From Octopus vulgaris (lineage: Eukaryota), in the NCBI GenBank assembly GCA_951406725.2, contig OX597816.1, positions 181,908,001 to 181,972,000 on the forward strand: 64,000 nucleotides of DNA, written 5' to 3'. The notes under the pieces were generated by a model, which worked only from the letters and a program-made list of their open reading frames with translations, made no database searches and was not told where the DNA came from. The position numbers and the translations under genes were made by a program. Below, one piece after another: positions 11,801 to 27,200 of this stretch (positions within the stretch are counted from its first letter, which is position 1; every line of letters starts with the position of its first letter).

Positions 11801-14800
11801 AGGGGACTGAAAGAAATCCTTACAAAGAGAGAGAAAAAACAAAAAGATAGAGTAACCCCACTCCCCAAAGTCTGAGTGTCGGTGTTTCTTTCATTTCCCA
11901 ATATTTTTTATTTGCTTTTGTACATTCATCAAAGGTTGACACTGCCAAGCCAATATTTTGCCCACCAACATTTTCATTTAGCTTCATTTTTTTTTTTTGT
12001 GCTTTCAAAATATGATCAATCTATTTCTTTTTTTCTTTTAGCAAATATTTTGCATTATTTTCCAAATTGTTCTCACTTTATCCCACCCTCAAGCTTTTCT
12101 TTGCATGACTTTACCAATTATAAATGGTGACATGATTGGACAGAGATACAATCTGATGATGAGATTTTTTTATTTTTAATTCAGTAAATGATAAATTTCA
12201 GCTGACAATATTTGCTCATTGTATTTCAGACTTTGTTAAGTCTTTAGATTGTTAATGTTAGATCCAATTCATTAAATTCTTCAAAGCTCTCAGGAAAAAT
12301 TTATCTATAGTCTAGTATTTTAAATTTTATTTGGGGAGCTCCAAAATTCAGATTTATTGCAAGCATAAAATTAAGTAGATAAGTCATCTGAAATTTTTAA
12401 ATATACATTAGAGTCAAACTCTGAGGAAATAGTTTGTATCAAAACATCTGTAAAATAATGTGAATGGGTTATTTTAAGGGTATGACAGAAAACACCCTGT
12501 CGGTAGTGTAAAATAATTGGCAGTTTCCAATAGCTTAGTGCCTCATTATTTCCTTAATTCTCTCAAGTTACATTATTTGCTATCTTGTGTAAGAAAAAGT
12601 ATGTAAATGTCTTCCAAACCTTGATGGGTTTTTAAGAACTAGTGCCTAGTTATGAGCTTTTCTAAATTTGTTTATGGTTTAGAAGATGAAGAGCTGTGCT
12701 GCTGTCTTTTTCTAGTACCTCCAGTGTGTTGCGTTGATACAGTGGAAGCAATGCTTCATCAGCTTAGCTTACTCTTCACACTGAAGACATGAAGAGTGGA
12801 CCTTGCTAAAGACACTCAAGGGCCAAATAGTGGTGTTAAATCAAGTGAAAGATTATATCTGCCTCACAAGTTTTACGGCACTAAGCAGATGAAGGATAAA
12901 GCTTTCCTTGGAGAGGATACTGGTCTGCCTCAGCCATAGCTGGGTGACCTGGATGCATAGAATTGTGCTGTCCAAATACATAACAAAATATCTATTGTAG
13001 AACCGGGTTATCCAAATACACAACAAAACACCTATATAGAATTGTGCTGCCCAAATCCACACAGCAAAACATCTACTGTAGAATTGAACCCACGATGAAT
13101 TGATAATGCAACACAATATCTTCTCAAGTACTTTGCTTCTTCTAATGTCAGTTAGTGGTGACAAGTGTGAAGAGAATTTTTGCTGGTGGACTGACACCAT
13201 AGCCATTTCGTCAGCAGTCCCTGCTGAGCACAATCGGAACTGTTTTATTTTTTTAGATTCAGCAATCATTAACAAATGAACTTTCATCTGATAAAGTTCA
13301 GTGTGAAATTGTACCATTACAGTAAACAAGACTGTATCAGATAGAGATAGAGAACTAGCCAGTGCCTTTAATGAACTTGGTTACCCAAACTTTGTTGATA
13401 TAGATAAGCTTTTAACCCTTTAGCAGTCAGATTTTTTCTGTCAAATGTAATGCTTATTCATTCACATTGTTTTGAATTAATCCATGCATTATCTTGTAGC
13501 TTTAAGAGATTTCAGTGCTATGGCATTGTTGAATAGGTATGAGAGGTTGGATCTGACTAGTTTGAACATAAAACAGGTAGAATATTTTGGCTTGATATGG
13601 CCAGTTTAAATGCTAAAGGGTTAAATAAAATCAAAGTATTATTTGGGGTAACTATTTGTAGTGACAGTCTTTTAAAAAAAGGTTAGATCTGAATTTGATT
13701 TTCATTCCTAAAAGCTGAGATTTGAGTAATATACATTTAGCCACCACCACCTTCTCTCCTTTTTCAACTGAGGGAGCTACATGTCTCCTTTACTGCAAGA
13801 TATTTATTTCGGTCTCTCTACCATACTTTAAACTCTTACCTTTTGGCATAAACCCACCTCCCGCAGTTAAGGGGTCTTATTTTGTGAGTTACTTGGTGAC
13901 CTCACTAATGCTAGTGCCATGTAAAATGCACCGAATACACTCTGTGAAGCTGTTAGGAAAGGCATCCAACTGCAGAGACCCTTCCCAAGCAGACATTGGC
14001 ACTTGGCCGCACAGTTCTCTCGCTAGTCAGCTCCTGTCAAACCATCCAAACAAATGTCAGAATGGAAAAACAGACATTAAGTGATGAGGGTGATATAATT
14101 AGAAACTAAGTTGGAAATCACCATTTAGGGTTTTTCCTCTGGGTTTTTAAGGCATTCAATTAATGTTTAATAGCTGTAATAAAGATAAAACTTTAGCATT
14201 TAATACACACCTAAAAACCTGAAAGTGTTTTCTTTCAGTAAGTTTTGAATATTGTTGTTCAGCTTACTGTTTTAAGGTTTTTGTTTTATATATTATTTAG
14301 AAATGAGCTATTTTAACAAGTAGATTTTAAATGGTATCAAGTTAGGAAACTGCACCAACTATTTGATTATTTCTGCTACTAATAACTAAGCTTTTGAGAA
14401 GCTTGATACCAAGATCAGTCCCTAACTGCTGCATAAGCTTTTAGTTTCATAGGGGCTGACAATTTTACTATTACACCAGAACCTATGCTCTCCAGAAGAT
14501 TTGCATTCTAAATAAGACTATCACATACAGGTAAATTAAATCTGCAATCATTTCATTGCAGTTCTATCTTGAATTTTAGTCAGTCCTATGAGATTTTCTT
14601 TCTTTTTTTGTTCCTGATATATTTGTTGATAATACTGTGAAACTATTACAGTTCTATAACCATAACATAAACTCTTAAGTCATATCAATTTTGTGTGTTA
14701 CACTTCTGACCTCATAAGTTGTATATCTGTGTGTGTTTGTTCTTGCTGTTTTCCTAAGAAAAGTTGCAATATTGCACCAAGCTTCTCATTGCTTCAGTTG

Positions 14801-14806
14801 CAAATG

Positions 14807-14849
<43 letters not shown>

Positions 14850-17800
14850 ATATATATGTATGTATATACACACACATATTTTTTTTTCATTTTCACTATT
14901 GTTTGCCACAAGGTTTTCATTGATATTTAAAGATAAAGAACATTTTCAGATATCTTACCATTCATTTTTATTTCCAGGGTAAGACCAAAACTTGTTGTGC
15001 AAGATATCTTTCACAAGCAATTTTAATTAATTTTTTGAAAAATTGAAATATATGTCATTTGTTCTATGTTTGTATTCTTTTTCTTTTTTTATTTTAATTT
15101 TATGAAATGCTATTGAAGAATTTTTAGTACACATCATCTGTATATTTCCTAATGTACACAGTAGAATTCGCTGTTTACTGGTTTACAATTAGAGCACAAA
15201 TATAGAGGTATGAGAAAAATATAGATAAATAAGTCTTTATTAATGATGCCTTGAAGTGATTTCACCTGTTAAATTAGAATAGATTATAATACAGTGAATT
15301 AAAAAAGAGACCTAGAGAGTATGGAGATGAAAAGCTACCTACAAGGCACAGACCATCATCCATGGTCTTATTAACTGAATGTATTATAGGCACAGGCATG
15401 GCTGTGTGGTTAAGAAGCTTGCTTTGCAGCCGTGTGGTTTCAGGTTCAGTCCCACTGTGTAGCACAATGGGTGTCTTTTACTAAAGCTCACACCTGGGCT
15501 GACCAGTGCTTTGTGAATTAATTGAATTGACAAAAACTGTGTGGAAGTTCATTATGTACATGTACGTATGTGTGTGTGTCTCTTTATGTCTGCACCCCCC
15601 CCTACTGCTTGACAACTAGTGTTGGTTTATTTACATCCTCATAACTTGGTGGTTCAGTTGAAGAAACCAATAGAATAAGCACCGGACTAAAAAAAAAAAA
15701 AAAACATACTGGGTCAATTTTTTCAACTAAAACCCTTCAAGGTGATGTTCCAGTATGGCCACAGTCCACTGAATGAGAAGAGTAAAAGGTAAAAAATATA
15801 AGCTATTATTTATGCCTGAATTTGCTTCAAGATGCATCTGTTAGGGTCACTGACTTACTGTTTGTTAGTATCAGAATACTGTTTTATAAACATTGTATTT
15901 TAAATGTTTTTTGTCATTATATTATTTCATAAAGGTAAATGTATATTTTCAGTTTTCCTTAGTTCTTGTTTATAAGACGCCTTGTCAATGCCTGTTCTCT
16001 TCACCTTATATTGTGGGTACGATGTAAACAAGCTATGTAGAATTCAGTTCAATATGGCTGTCTTTATAGAAACAAATTAAAAGTTGAACACATTCAATAT
16101 CCTGTTGTCAAATTCAACCAAACGTATATCTGCAATCTGAACCATATCAGTTTCTGATATATATGCACTCTACATAATGGACTGAGTACTTTTTCTCATT
16201 TGTAAACATGTTCATCAATCCATGTTTGTGTAAGTTCAGGCATTCTTGGTAAAAGAGCAAGGGTCTCTGCACCACCACCCCCATGTAAACACATGTAAAC
16301 TGTTCTACTTGTATTAAATGCTTTTGAGTATCAAAACATACTTGTGTGGTTAAGAAGTTTGTTCTACTACCACATGATGGTTTTGGAATCAGTTTCATTA
16401 CATAGTATCTTCAGATGTCTTTTGCCTTGGATTGACCAAATTCCTTGTAGCTAAAATTGGTTGATGGAAGCTGTATAACAGCCTATCAAGTGTATTTATT
16501 TTTTTTTTTGTGTGTGTGTCTATGTGTTCATTTTGTATCCTTGTTTATAGGGTGCACACCAACCAAAAAAACCTTATGGTATTTTTGCTCCATCCCAGTT
16601 ACTTTTCCCTCTGCTCATGGTGACTTTGTCTTTTGTTCTTCCCTAGGTCAATAAAAATTAGTCCCAAAGAACTTTTTGTCTGACCATCAGCCAGATGCCC
16701 TCCCTGTGTCCAGGATTGGCTTGCCAACTCTTTCCAGTTCCTTCTGTGTTGTAGTGCATGCATACTGTCAGCAGGGCTCTTGTTCCCACTCCATTCTTTG
16801 GTGTCATCAGTTTACAGATGTCTTTGATGGCCTCTTGTCAAAATGGTCTTGGGCAGTGAATGGCCAAAATATGATAGCTTTGTGGACTTCATCCTTGACT
16901 CCAGCCGTCTTTGGACTTTCAGCTTGTCTCGTACTGCAGCATTTGTTACCCTGTCTTTCCAGTTTATCCTGCACAAATTGTGAAGATCGACATATACAAG
17001 TTCACTATCTTTAGCTTTAGATACTGTGTTATGTCTTCTGAGTTGAAGATTTTATCCATTCGTATAAATGTTGTTTTGCATGTGATTATCAAAATAAGAA
17101 TACTCATGTGTTTAATATAATTGTCTTAGAACTCTTATAAGCAGTGCCCCAGAATGAAATCAGTAAAGGAATGAAATGATTGAGTATCTCAGGTATACTT
17201 GAAATATGTTTTCGATTTGTTCCACGAAGAAGCAGCTTTTTGTGTGTCTTTTTTTATATATTATTTTAATATCTGAAGCACAATCACTGTAAATTTAAGG
17301 TGCTGAACCATTTATTGACTTCCCAGTCATAAATTCAGACATTTTGTTTATCTAAACAAAACATGGCATTCTGTTCCCCTCAGCTTGCTTTTTGAGGCTA
17401 GGTTGGCCTCATTCTATTTCCAGGTTCAATGGTCAACAGTGATCAAAAAATGATTTGGTTGGAATAACAATTTCTCTTTGTAACATGAAATATTCAGATT
17501 TTCAAAACCCATCCAACCAACCGTATTAATATCCTGTTTAGGAAATATATTTTATAAATAACAGAAGTTATTTTTGTTTTGACAATCGATATAAATTCTG
17601 TTCAATTTTTACCCCTTAATATAATGAATCAATATTGAGTGGCAAGCTGGCAGAATTGGTAACATGCCTGGTAAAATGCTTAGTGGCATTTCATCCATCT
17701 TTACATTCTGAGTTCAAATTCTGTTGAGGTTGACTTTACCTTTCATCCTTTTGTGAAGTGGCTGTGTGGTAAGTAGCTTGCTCACGAACCACACTGTTCC

Positions 17801-20800
17801 GGGTTCAGTTCCACTGCGTGGCACTTTGGGAAAGTGAGACCAATAAAATAAGTACTAGGCTTACAAAGAATAAGTCTTGGGGTCGATTTGCTTGACTAAA
17901 GGCGGTGCTCCAGCATGGCCACAGTCAAATGACTGAAACAAGTAAAAGAGAGTAAAGAGTACAGTTTCTATTTGAACTTTCATCTGTACCAGTTTATTTA
18001 TTTTCACTGATTCAAATGATGTAAAGTTTTCTTTGTTGATAGTAACAAAGAATTCATTTATTTTATTTTAATTATATATTTTTTTATTCCCTTTGTTGTT
18101 TGATTTCCCCTGTTACCAAGTCGGACATCAAAGCATTTGAAACACCTTGATTGGTCATTGATGTTTCTATAATTTCACCTCTAGGCTCAGGTACAGTTGT
18201 GTGGTTAAGAAGCTTGCTTCACAACCGCCTTGTTTCAGGTTCAGTCCCACTACACAGCACCTGAGGCAAGGGTCTTCTGCTACATCCCCAGGCTAACTAA
18301 TGTCAGTGAATTTCACTGACAGAAATTGTGAGAAATCCCATCATATGTATGTGTCTTTGTGTTTTGTTGTTTGTCCCTCACCACTTTGACAACTGGTGTT
18401 AATTTGTGTATGTCCCCATAAAGGAGTAAAGATCCCTTCAGTCACGAATGACCATGAGATTGCACCTAGAAAGTTCCCCTCTGAAGCACAAGTTCAGGTG
18501 AGGTTGTTTATAGGAGACCAGCAGTCACCCATGCATACCGGCCTCCCCTCTCCATGCCACCAGTGTTATCCAAGTGAAAGGCAAATGCTGATACAGCTTG
18601 ACACTGGTGATGCCGCAACTCATTTCTACAGCTGAGTGAACTGGAGCAACGTGAAAGAAAGTGTCTTGCTCAAGAACACAACACACAGTCCGGTTTGGGA
18701 ATCGAACTCACAACCTTGCAATTATGAGCTCATTGCTCTACCCACAGAGTCATGCACCTCCGTAGAATAAATACTAGACTTAAAAATAAAAAAGCATGCT
18801 GGGGTCAATTTGTTCAACTAAAACCCTTCAAGGTGGTGTGCCCTAGCATGGCTGCAGTCCAATGACTGAAACAAGTAAAAAATATAAGATAAAAACTTAA
18901 ATTTTCTTTTGATCTCATTGAAATTATTTTGACTAATATTCATTCAAAGGACAAGATTTCTTTCTCTTTTATTTCTGAAAAAAAAACTTCCTGGACTTCC
19001 CTTCACAACTACCATAATTTTTTTTTTTTTTTTTTGCCTTAATATAAACTATATTTTTGTAGCTTACATTTAGATGATAGGCTGCCCCTTACTGAGATTA
19101 TTTAGTTTATCTGGTTCAGTATTTCACAGTTTTAAGCTCAAATCTTTACTCTTGCTTATTTGCTTATTTGCTGCTGAGTAATTTCCCTGCAACTTTTTTT
19201 TTTTTTTTACTTATAAACAAAAATAAATACCAACTATAAATGATGTATTTCACGTGATTTTGTTGTGAAATCACCCCCCTCCCCACTCCAAAATATCTTC
19301 CAAAGTTCTACCATGTTTTGTAAGTTCTGTTAGGGATATTTTGATCCTTTTTCTTTATATTGATTTTTTTCCATTTTTTTTTCCAGTTTTTATTTTCATT
19401 TTCTTTATGATGTTTAAAAATTTTATCCTTGTAAAATAAATAGAAAAGAAAAATACCAGTCTTAATCAGATTTAAATATCTTTTCCAGCTAATTTCTACC
19501 AGTTGTCTTCCAGATACTCTTATCGATTCTTATTCAAATTTTGTTTTAATTTCAAAAATCAGGGTGTTTTTTTTCTCTTTTTCTTTCTTTCTTTAATGTT
19601 CATTCTTATATCTGTCTTTTTCTTATCATTTCTCCAGGTCCAGATATTTTTTGCACTGCAACATCTTGCCTCTTTGATGGTGTCTGCAAAGAATTTGAAA
19701 ACGGAGATAAGCGATGTACATGTTCACATGACTGCAGTAATGAACCTACGTACGTAGAATAATGTTATAGTTTAACTAACTCCTTGAGAATGTATGATAG
19801 CAAGTATATTTAAATTAGGCTCTTTTTGAGTGAATTTCTTGATAACAATTACGACTATATTTTTCCTTTATTTCATTTAGTATATTACTGTGTTTGAAAT
19901 TGATATTTTTTTGTAAATCTTTCTCACTCACTCATTATTTGTATTTAAAGCAACACTCAAGTGTTTTTCTAGTTTTGAACATTCAAAAGCATTCTTAATT
20001 GTCATTTTAACCTAACAGACGTGCACACACACACACACACACACTAATATGCACAAGTGACACTGTGTGGTTGAAAAGTTTGCTTCTCGATCTTATTGTT
20101 TGGGGTTCAGTCCCTCTGCATAGGCCTGGGCCAACTAAAGCTTTGTGAGTAGATTTGGGTGGTAAAAACTAACAGAAACCTATCATATGTGTATGTCCTT
20201 GTTATAGAAGCAGCGTCTTCATTCCCACTGGTCTGCAAAAACATATCCAACCCTGAGGAAATATTTCTGTGCCTGGAAGCAAGTGAGTGCTTGGTGAGAC
20301 GAAGGGCATCTTGTCATATAAAATCTGCCTCCATAAACTCTGCCCAACCCATGCAACCATGGGAAAGGGGATGATGAATGATTTTTCAGGCAGCATGTCC
20401 CTTTACCAGGACCCTGAAACCAGAAGGCAGCTGGTATATTTAAACTGGTGACTTGGCCCAAATGCTTGTAACAGACTGGACCTAAAGATGAAGTGGAGGT
20501 GTTCAACTGGTCAACAGATTAAGTCACTGCCTACAACAGCCATTGTTGAATTTCTGTAGCACAAGCATAGCTGTTGAGTTGAGAAGTTTACTTTGCATTT
20601 ATGTAGTTTGGGGTTTGATATCACTGCATTCCACCTTGGGAAAATATTTTTTCCCTTAACCTTTAGTTGTCCAAAGCCTTAAGTGTGGAAATTAGCAGGC
20701 AAGTATTGTGTGGAAACCTGTCGAAAGGGTCTGTTCCTTTTTTTGGGTGGCCTACTTAACCCTTCAGCATTCAAACCAGCCATATATGGCCAGAATATTT

Positions 20801-21232
20801 AACCTGTTTGATTTTGAAACAGACCAGATCTAGCCTCTCACCTCCATCGTACAACGTCATTGTGAAACTAAACAATCACATCATCAAAATCTCAAAATCT
20901 GAAAGGATTCGACTAAAAGTATTAATAGGCTAAATAATGGTTTCCATACAGGCAACAGATTACTCTGTCAAATTTAATATTTATATTGTTTTGAATTAAT
21001 CACGCACTATTTTTAATAGTGCGTGATTAATTCAAAACAATATAAATATTAAATTTGACAGAGTAATCTGTTGCCTGTATGGAAACCATTATTTAGCCTA
21101 TTAATACTTTTAGTCGAATCCTTTCAGTTTCAAACACATGGGCTAGGGCTCTAGTTCGAAGATAACTTCCTCTCATTATTGTCAGAGGATCTGAAAAGGG
21201 CCATAGGTAATGCCTTTCCTTCTGAGTAAGTA

Positions 21233-21277
<45 letters not shown>

Positions 21278-24200
21278 AGAGTAAGCATATAAATGTGAAA
21301 CAAGGTGGAAAAAATAGTACTCAAATACCAGAGGTAGAGTAATATGCTTTATTTAAAGCAGCAGAAATATAACAAAAGCTGTTACTCAGAGTTTCACGTT
21401 TCCGTTTCACTTGAGTAACAGCTTTTGTTATATTTCTGCTGCTTTTAAATAAAATATATATATTATATGTATATAAGGGGTTAAATGTACATGAGGTTGG
21501 CTGTCTGTCCTGAACTAGCCAGCTTAACCCATTAGCACTTGAACTCCAATATCTGAGCCAAATATTTCTGTTTTATAAAAATAAACAATCTCATCATCAA
21601 AATCTTGATGATACGAGATAATGTATGATTAATTTAAAACAATGTGAATAAATAAGTATTGCATTTAACAGGATAATCTGAATGCTAAAAGGTTTATCAA
21701 AACTGGCCAAGGTGATTGGAAGCTCAAGTTCTACCCTGCCATCACCACAAACATAGCAAAACAAAATATATTTCTCTCCATATAAGTTACCATTTTAAGA
21801 TATTTTATTCACTCACACACAACTATTTTTTCTGGCAGACAGCATATTTGCTTCACAAATGTAAAATCATTAAGTTACTCCATTGAAGATTGTTGACTGT
21901 CAAAATTAGAAATTTCTGCATTGCCAGACTTAAGTTCTCCGTCAGGCATCACATTTTGCTGATCTATCCATCATTCTATTCGTATTAGAATCTCTCATGC
22001 AATTGGCAGACAATTTATTCTTAATACCAAACATTATGCACCCTTTCCCATCCACACTCTAACACTTATCATGAACCTACAAGAGAGCCTTTGTGTGGTT
22101 GCATGACCTGCTAGAAATAGCAGTCTATTCTCCCTCAAATCACATCACACCACCTTTAAAGGGCACATTGGATAATGTGGTTCAGTGTGTTACACGATTC
22201 CTTAAAATACGATTGAATAATCATGCCTCAAATGTCTTTGATCATAAGTCTCTCCCATCAGGGCCAACCAGGGTGGGGCTAACCAACATCTCTGACATAT
22301 AAGACTCTTTGCCTCAGTCGACCTCAGAATTTCTGTTTAACATTTTGGTACATTTTCTAACTTTGTGATGAATTACATGTTTATCAACAAAAGCTTTATT
22401 GCCTCCATTCCTTCACCAACCATTCTACTATACAATGGTGAGCTGTTGATAATCAAGGCTGTGTTTAGTAGGTTGCTTATCTGAAATAAAGGCAATTATT
22501 TTAACAGCAAAGTATCAGTGATCACCATTCACAATATGCACCAACCATGACTAGCTTGTGTGATGTATAAACTACTAAGTGACGTCATTGGGGCGTTGGC
22601 TATTTTACTGACGCTGATATCTTATATTGAGTAAACTTTTACCATATATTTTAACTGAAGATAGAAATTTTTCTTTATTTAATTTATAAATTCCTTATTA
22701 ACAAGAATATGGTAGAATCCATTGAGAATCCAACAGCACACCTTCTGTTTTGTTTTTTGTGTTTTTGTTATGTCCTTTGATTATATCAAACCCCACCCTG
22801 GTAGACTTTGCCTTACACCCTTCTATTGTCAAGGAAATAAGTACTGGTCTTGGTGTAATCAATTCTATCCGAGAAAGCATTACTCTAGCATGGCCACACC
22901 CCAGTGCCTGAAACCAATAAAACTAAAAGAACAATCAAGTTACAATATTATCTGCCTATGCCTGTTTCTAACAACTCCTAAAGCCTTATTCAATGTCCCC
23001 GCTACTTCTCCCTCTGTGTTACCATTATTTCACTAATCTTCGTTAACCAGGGAACTATTCTCACATCAACTGTTTTGTCACACTGACTGACTTGCAGAGG
23101 GCAAAACTGCTGAGCAGCCATGTTCTATGCTGTTAATCCTCTTTACAAGCCCTTTGTAAATTACTGTGAAGTCTGTTCTTCACAAACATCTGTTTTGACT
23201 TCTTTACATTTGCCTCATTCATTTTCTCTCCACCGCCTGTAGAATCGCTTTCCACCCACCACATGTACAAGTAGCATGCCCACAATATTTTCAATTAGTT
23301 TTAATTATTTTTCTTATGCATAATATATGAAAACCCATGCTATACTGGAAAGAAATTTCATCATCATCATTATTTAACGTCCGTTATCCATGCTGGCAAA
23401 CAGGGCAGTGGGCTGTACCAAACTCTCGTCTGATTTGGCATGGCTTCTACAACTGGATGCCCTTCCTAACGCCAACCACTTTACAGAGTGTGCTTGGTGC
23501 TTTTACATAGTGTCACACAGGTGCTTTTACATGACACCACACTGGCACTTTTATGTGACGCTGCACATAAACTTTAAAATGTAGATAATTTCAATTGGCA
23601 ATGTTGCATCTTCAGTCCATAAACAATAATCATCATCATTTAATACCTGCTTCTCATACTGGCATGGGTTGGATGGTCTGACAGAAGCTGGTGAGCCAGA
23701 AGACTGCCAAGCTCTACTGTACGCCTTGGCATTGGTTATCATTATTAAATGCTATGGAATTTATATTTTGGGAATTTAGCTTAATAATATGGTGTAGGAG
23801 AAAGAGAGGAACTGTCTTATAATGAAACATCTCAGAAATATAATGCTGTATAGTAATGTTAGAGATATGAATACTATGTGGTTGTGAAAATAATGGACAA
23901 TGAATCCTGATAGGGAGAAAGAGTTATATGGTCTATTGGAAGGGTGTGAGACATTTGGCACAGCTGTTTTGACACCACCTATCTGCCACTGCTGTTTCAA
24001 CACTGACTGATTTGACATCATATGTTTTAATGTTCTCTCTCTCTCTTTCATATACGTATATTTCTGCATGTATGTGTGTGTGTGTTTGCCTCCAGTGCTA
24101 AAAAGTACTGTCATCAAAACAGCTTCAATGTCCAAACAGTTGCCCCCAGTCATCTCATTCTACTACTTGAAGATGGTTGTCCTTTAAACTTTGATAACCA

Positions 24201-27200
24201 TTCCCACAGACATTGTCTGAGTGCAACTTAGAAACCTCATTCTAGACGTACTACAGGCAAAATAAAATCTCTCAAGATGGTCTTATCTCCTTCAACATTA
24301 CTAAGGAACAGCCACCATATATATCTTCATCAGCGCTTTGTTATACTCGAGAAGACCTGCCAACCACAACAGAATTGAGGTCCTAAAACCAAGGTGCCAT
24401 GTCAAATGCATTAGTGTGGGTGCCACATAAAAAGCATTTGTGCTGGTGCCATGTAAAAAGCACCCAGTACACTTTGTAAAGTGGTTGGCATTGGGAAGGG
24501 CATCCAGCTGTTGAAACCAAACCAAAACAAACTATGGGTACCTGGTGTGGTCCTTGGCCTTGCCAGTTACTATTAGACCATCTAACCCATGCCAACATGG
24601 AAATAGACATTAAGTGTTGATGACTGATGATGATTTTCTATAATTGCATGGTCAGACGAAATCTGTCTGATGCCCTTCATATCATGCTCTTCGTTTTGTC
24701 TATTTACCTTTGTGAAGAGTTACACCAATCCTTTAAAAAATAAAATAATAATAATAATATAATAATGATTTCAAATTTTGGCACATGCCAATAATTTTTG
24801 GGGAGGAGATAAGTCAAGTACATCGACCCCCGACCCCCTCTCCTGTACTCAACTGGTATTTATTTTATTGATCCCATGAGGACGAAAGGTAAAATCAACC
24901 TTGGCAGAATTTGAACTCAGAATGTAAAGACAAACAAAATGCCGCTAAGCAGTTTATCCAGTGTGCTAATGATTCTGCTAACGATTCTGCCAGCTCACTG
25001 CCTTAATTAGAATAATTAGAATAACTACCAAAAATTCTTAGCAAAGACCAAACAGAGAACATTAAGTGTAGAGGAATAGTTGGTGAGAACTGTCAAGACT
25101 GTTTGGATCCAGGGTGAAATTTGAAACACAGGTGGGTCACCACTAGTGGCTTGTCGTATACAGCTTATTTTCATCATGAATCTAGACTGAAATCAATCCC
25201 ACATGATTACATGTCATTGGGATATTTTGTATTTAATTACCTGCTTCTAATTCTTCTCACTGTCAAATTAACATTCAGTTTGTAATAAATTCTTTGTATT
25301 GCATTCTTTTGCTGCACCTTATTCATATTTTTGTTGACACAAAGTATTATCTCTCAGTTTAGAATCTCATAAAAATCTCTTTCTGATACAATTAGAATTA
25401 AAATATAAACTACATCTGAAATAATCATTTTGTGTTCTTTCATATGTAGCTTTTAAAAATAATGAGGCAAAATGTATGTTAGTAATACTATGTAGGACAG
25501 CTTCACATACAAAGAATTTACTGTTCTGACTAAATTTCCTTTCACTTTTAACACTATTAATTTTGAATATGAATCCATTATTTCCTGTTAATATAATTAT
25601 GTAGAGGTGCAGCTTGATCTCATTCATATGCTTGAGAACCATTTCCTTCTTTCAAGGGTTGTGAATTTACTGTATTACTTCCTATTGTTATAATAAATTA
25701 TCAATTGTTTTCAAGGTTACCTTACGAGTTTATAACCACTCCAACTGGCTTCCTTTTTTCCTCCTGTTTCTACTTTAGAACCATAAGCATTCCTTTTCAA
25801 ATAGATAATGTTGGTATGTCTCTTGTTCAAAGCCTTATTTTGAATTTGATTTATCCAAAAGTGTTGATATTTTGTTATGCCAACTTACAAAATACGAAAC
25901 AATTTCTGGTTGTCTTGTTCACTTCTTATTTATTGTTTAGCACAAGTTTTTCACTAGTTCATGTGTCGAAATAAAACCGTGTCTGGGACAGGTGAGATTG
26001 GTGCCTTGATAAACTCTTCAGCTTGAACTTTTCTGGTTTGGTACTCACTCTGTAGGTGTTAATCCACAGAAGTTCAAATTAAACAGTTAATACTGAACAA
26101 TACTACATCAATCAAACTACCCACAAAACTGGGCAATGAGAAAACTTCAGAAAGATGTGGTTCTGGGGAAAATAGAATTAGATAAATTGTTAAGTGTGGA
26201 GTGTGGTCCCAGCAAAACACATTAAAAAGAGTTGGGACACTTAAGGGAACTAAGGATTGTATGGCCTTGTATTTGTTGCAAGTCTCTAAATTTAATTCGT
26301 TTGAATTGGTAGGTAGGAATTAAATTGTCATGTTTTCAGTGGAGAATGATTTTGTCTTCTTGGTTCATAAAGGCAGTACATGCTTGATGTGGAGGAAGGT
26401 TAATCATCATCATCATCATCATCATCGTTTAACGTCTGCTTTCCATGCTGTCATGGGTTGGACGAATGACTGAGGTCTGGTGATCCAGATGGCTGCACCA
26501 GGCTTCAATCTTGATCTGGCAGAGTTTCTACAGCTGGATGCCCTTCCTAACGCCAACCACTCCGAGAGTGTAGTGGGTGCTTTTATGTGCCACCAGCACG
26601 GGGCCAGTCAGGCGGTATTAGCAACAACCTCGCTCAAATCTTTTACACATGCCACCGGCATGGAGGCCAGACAGCCGCTCTGGCAACGATCACGCTTGGA
26701 TGGTGCTCTTAGTACCCTACTAGCATGAGGCTCAAGTGCCAGTAAGGCGACGCTGGTAACAATCACGCTTGAATGGTGCCTTTTAAGTGCCACTGGCACA
26801 GAAGCCGGTTAACCGCTCTGTCAAGAAAGAGGGAAATTCACAGTGATGTGGTATATAAGGAGATGCCTTGAGGGATATTACCAAACCATGGAGTATTCCA
26901 GAGTTGATAGTATGTTGGTTTGTGAGTGCCCCATCTGCACATACTGGGACAGTACAGCTGGCAGGAAACATTTAAATGAAGAGACGACAGACAGATGAAG
27001 AACTTGAAGGTTCAACGGTAGACAAAGGTTTTGTTAATGCTGAGATAACATTGCTTTCCACCATGTTCCCATGGATAAGAGACCAATGTTATGTAACAGA
27101 GGAGAGACTAGATCTTCAGCATGTGAAGAGATTTGTTTAAGGTTGTCTCCATTAGCCTTGAGATATTGGAAGTAAGGGGAATAGGTTGATGGTTAGCAGA

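Noticed and set aside
12853-13329. 158-aa minus-strand ORF
   Set aside because: Partly made of a diverged 40-bp tandem repeat, with no recognisable domain or splice context.
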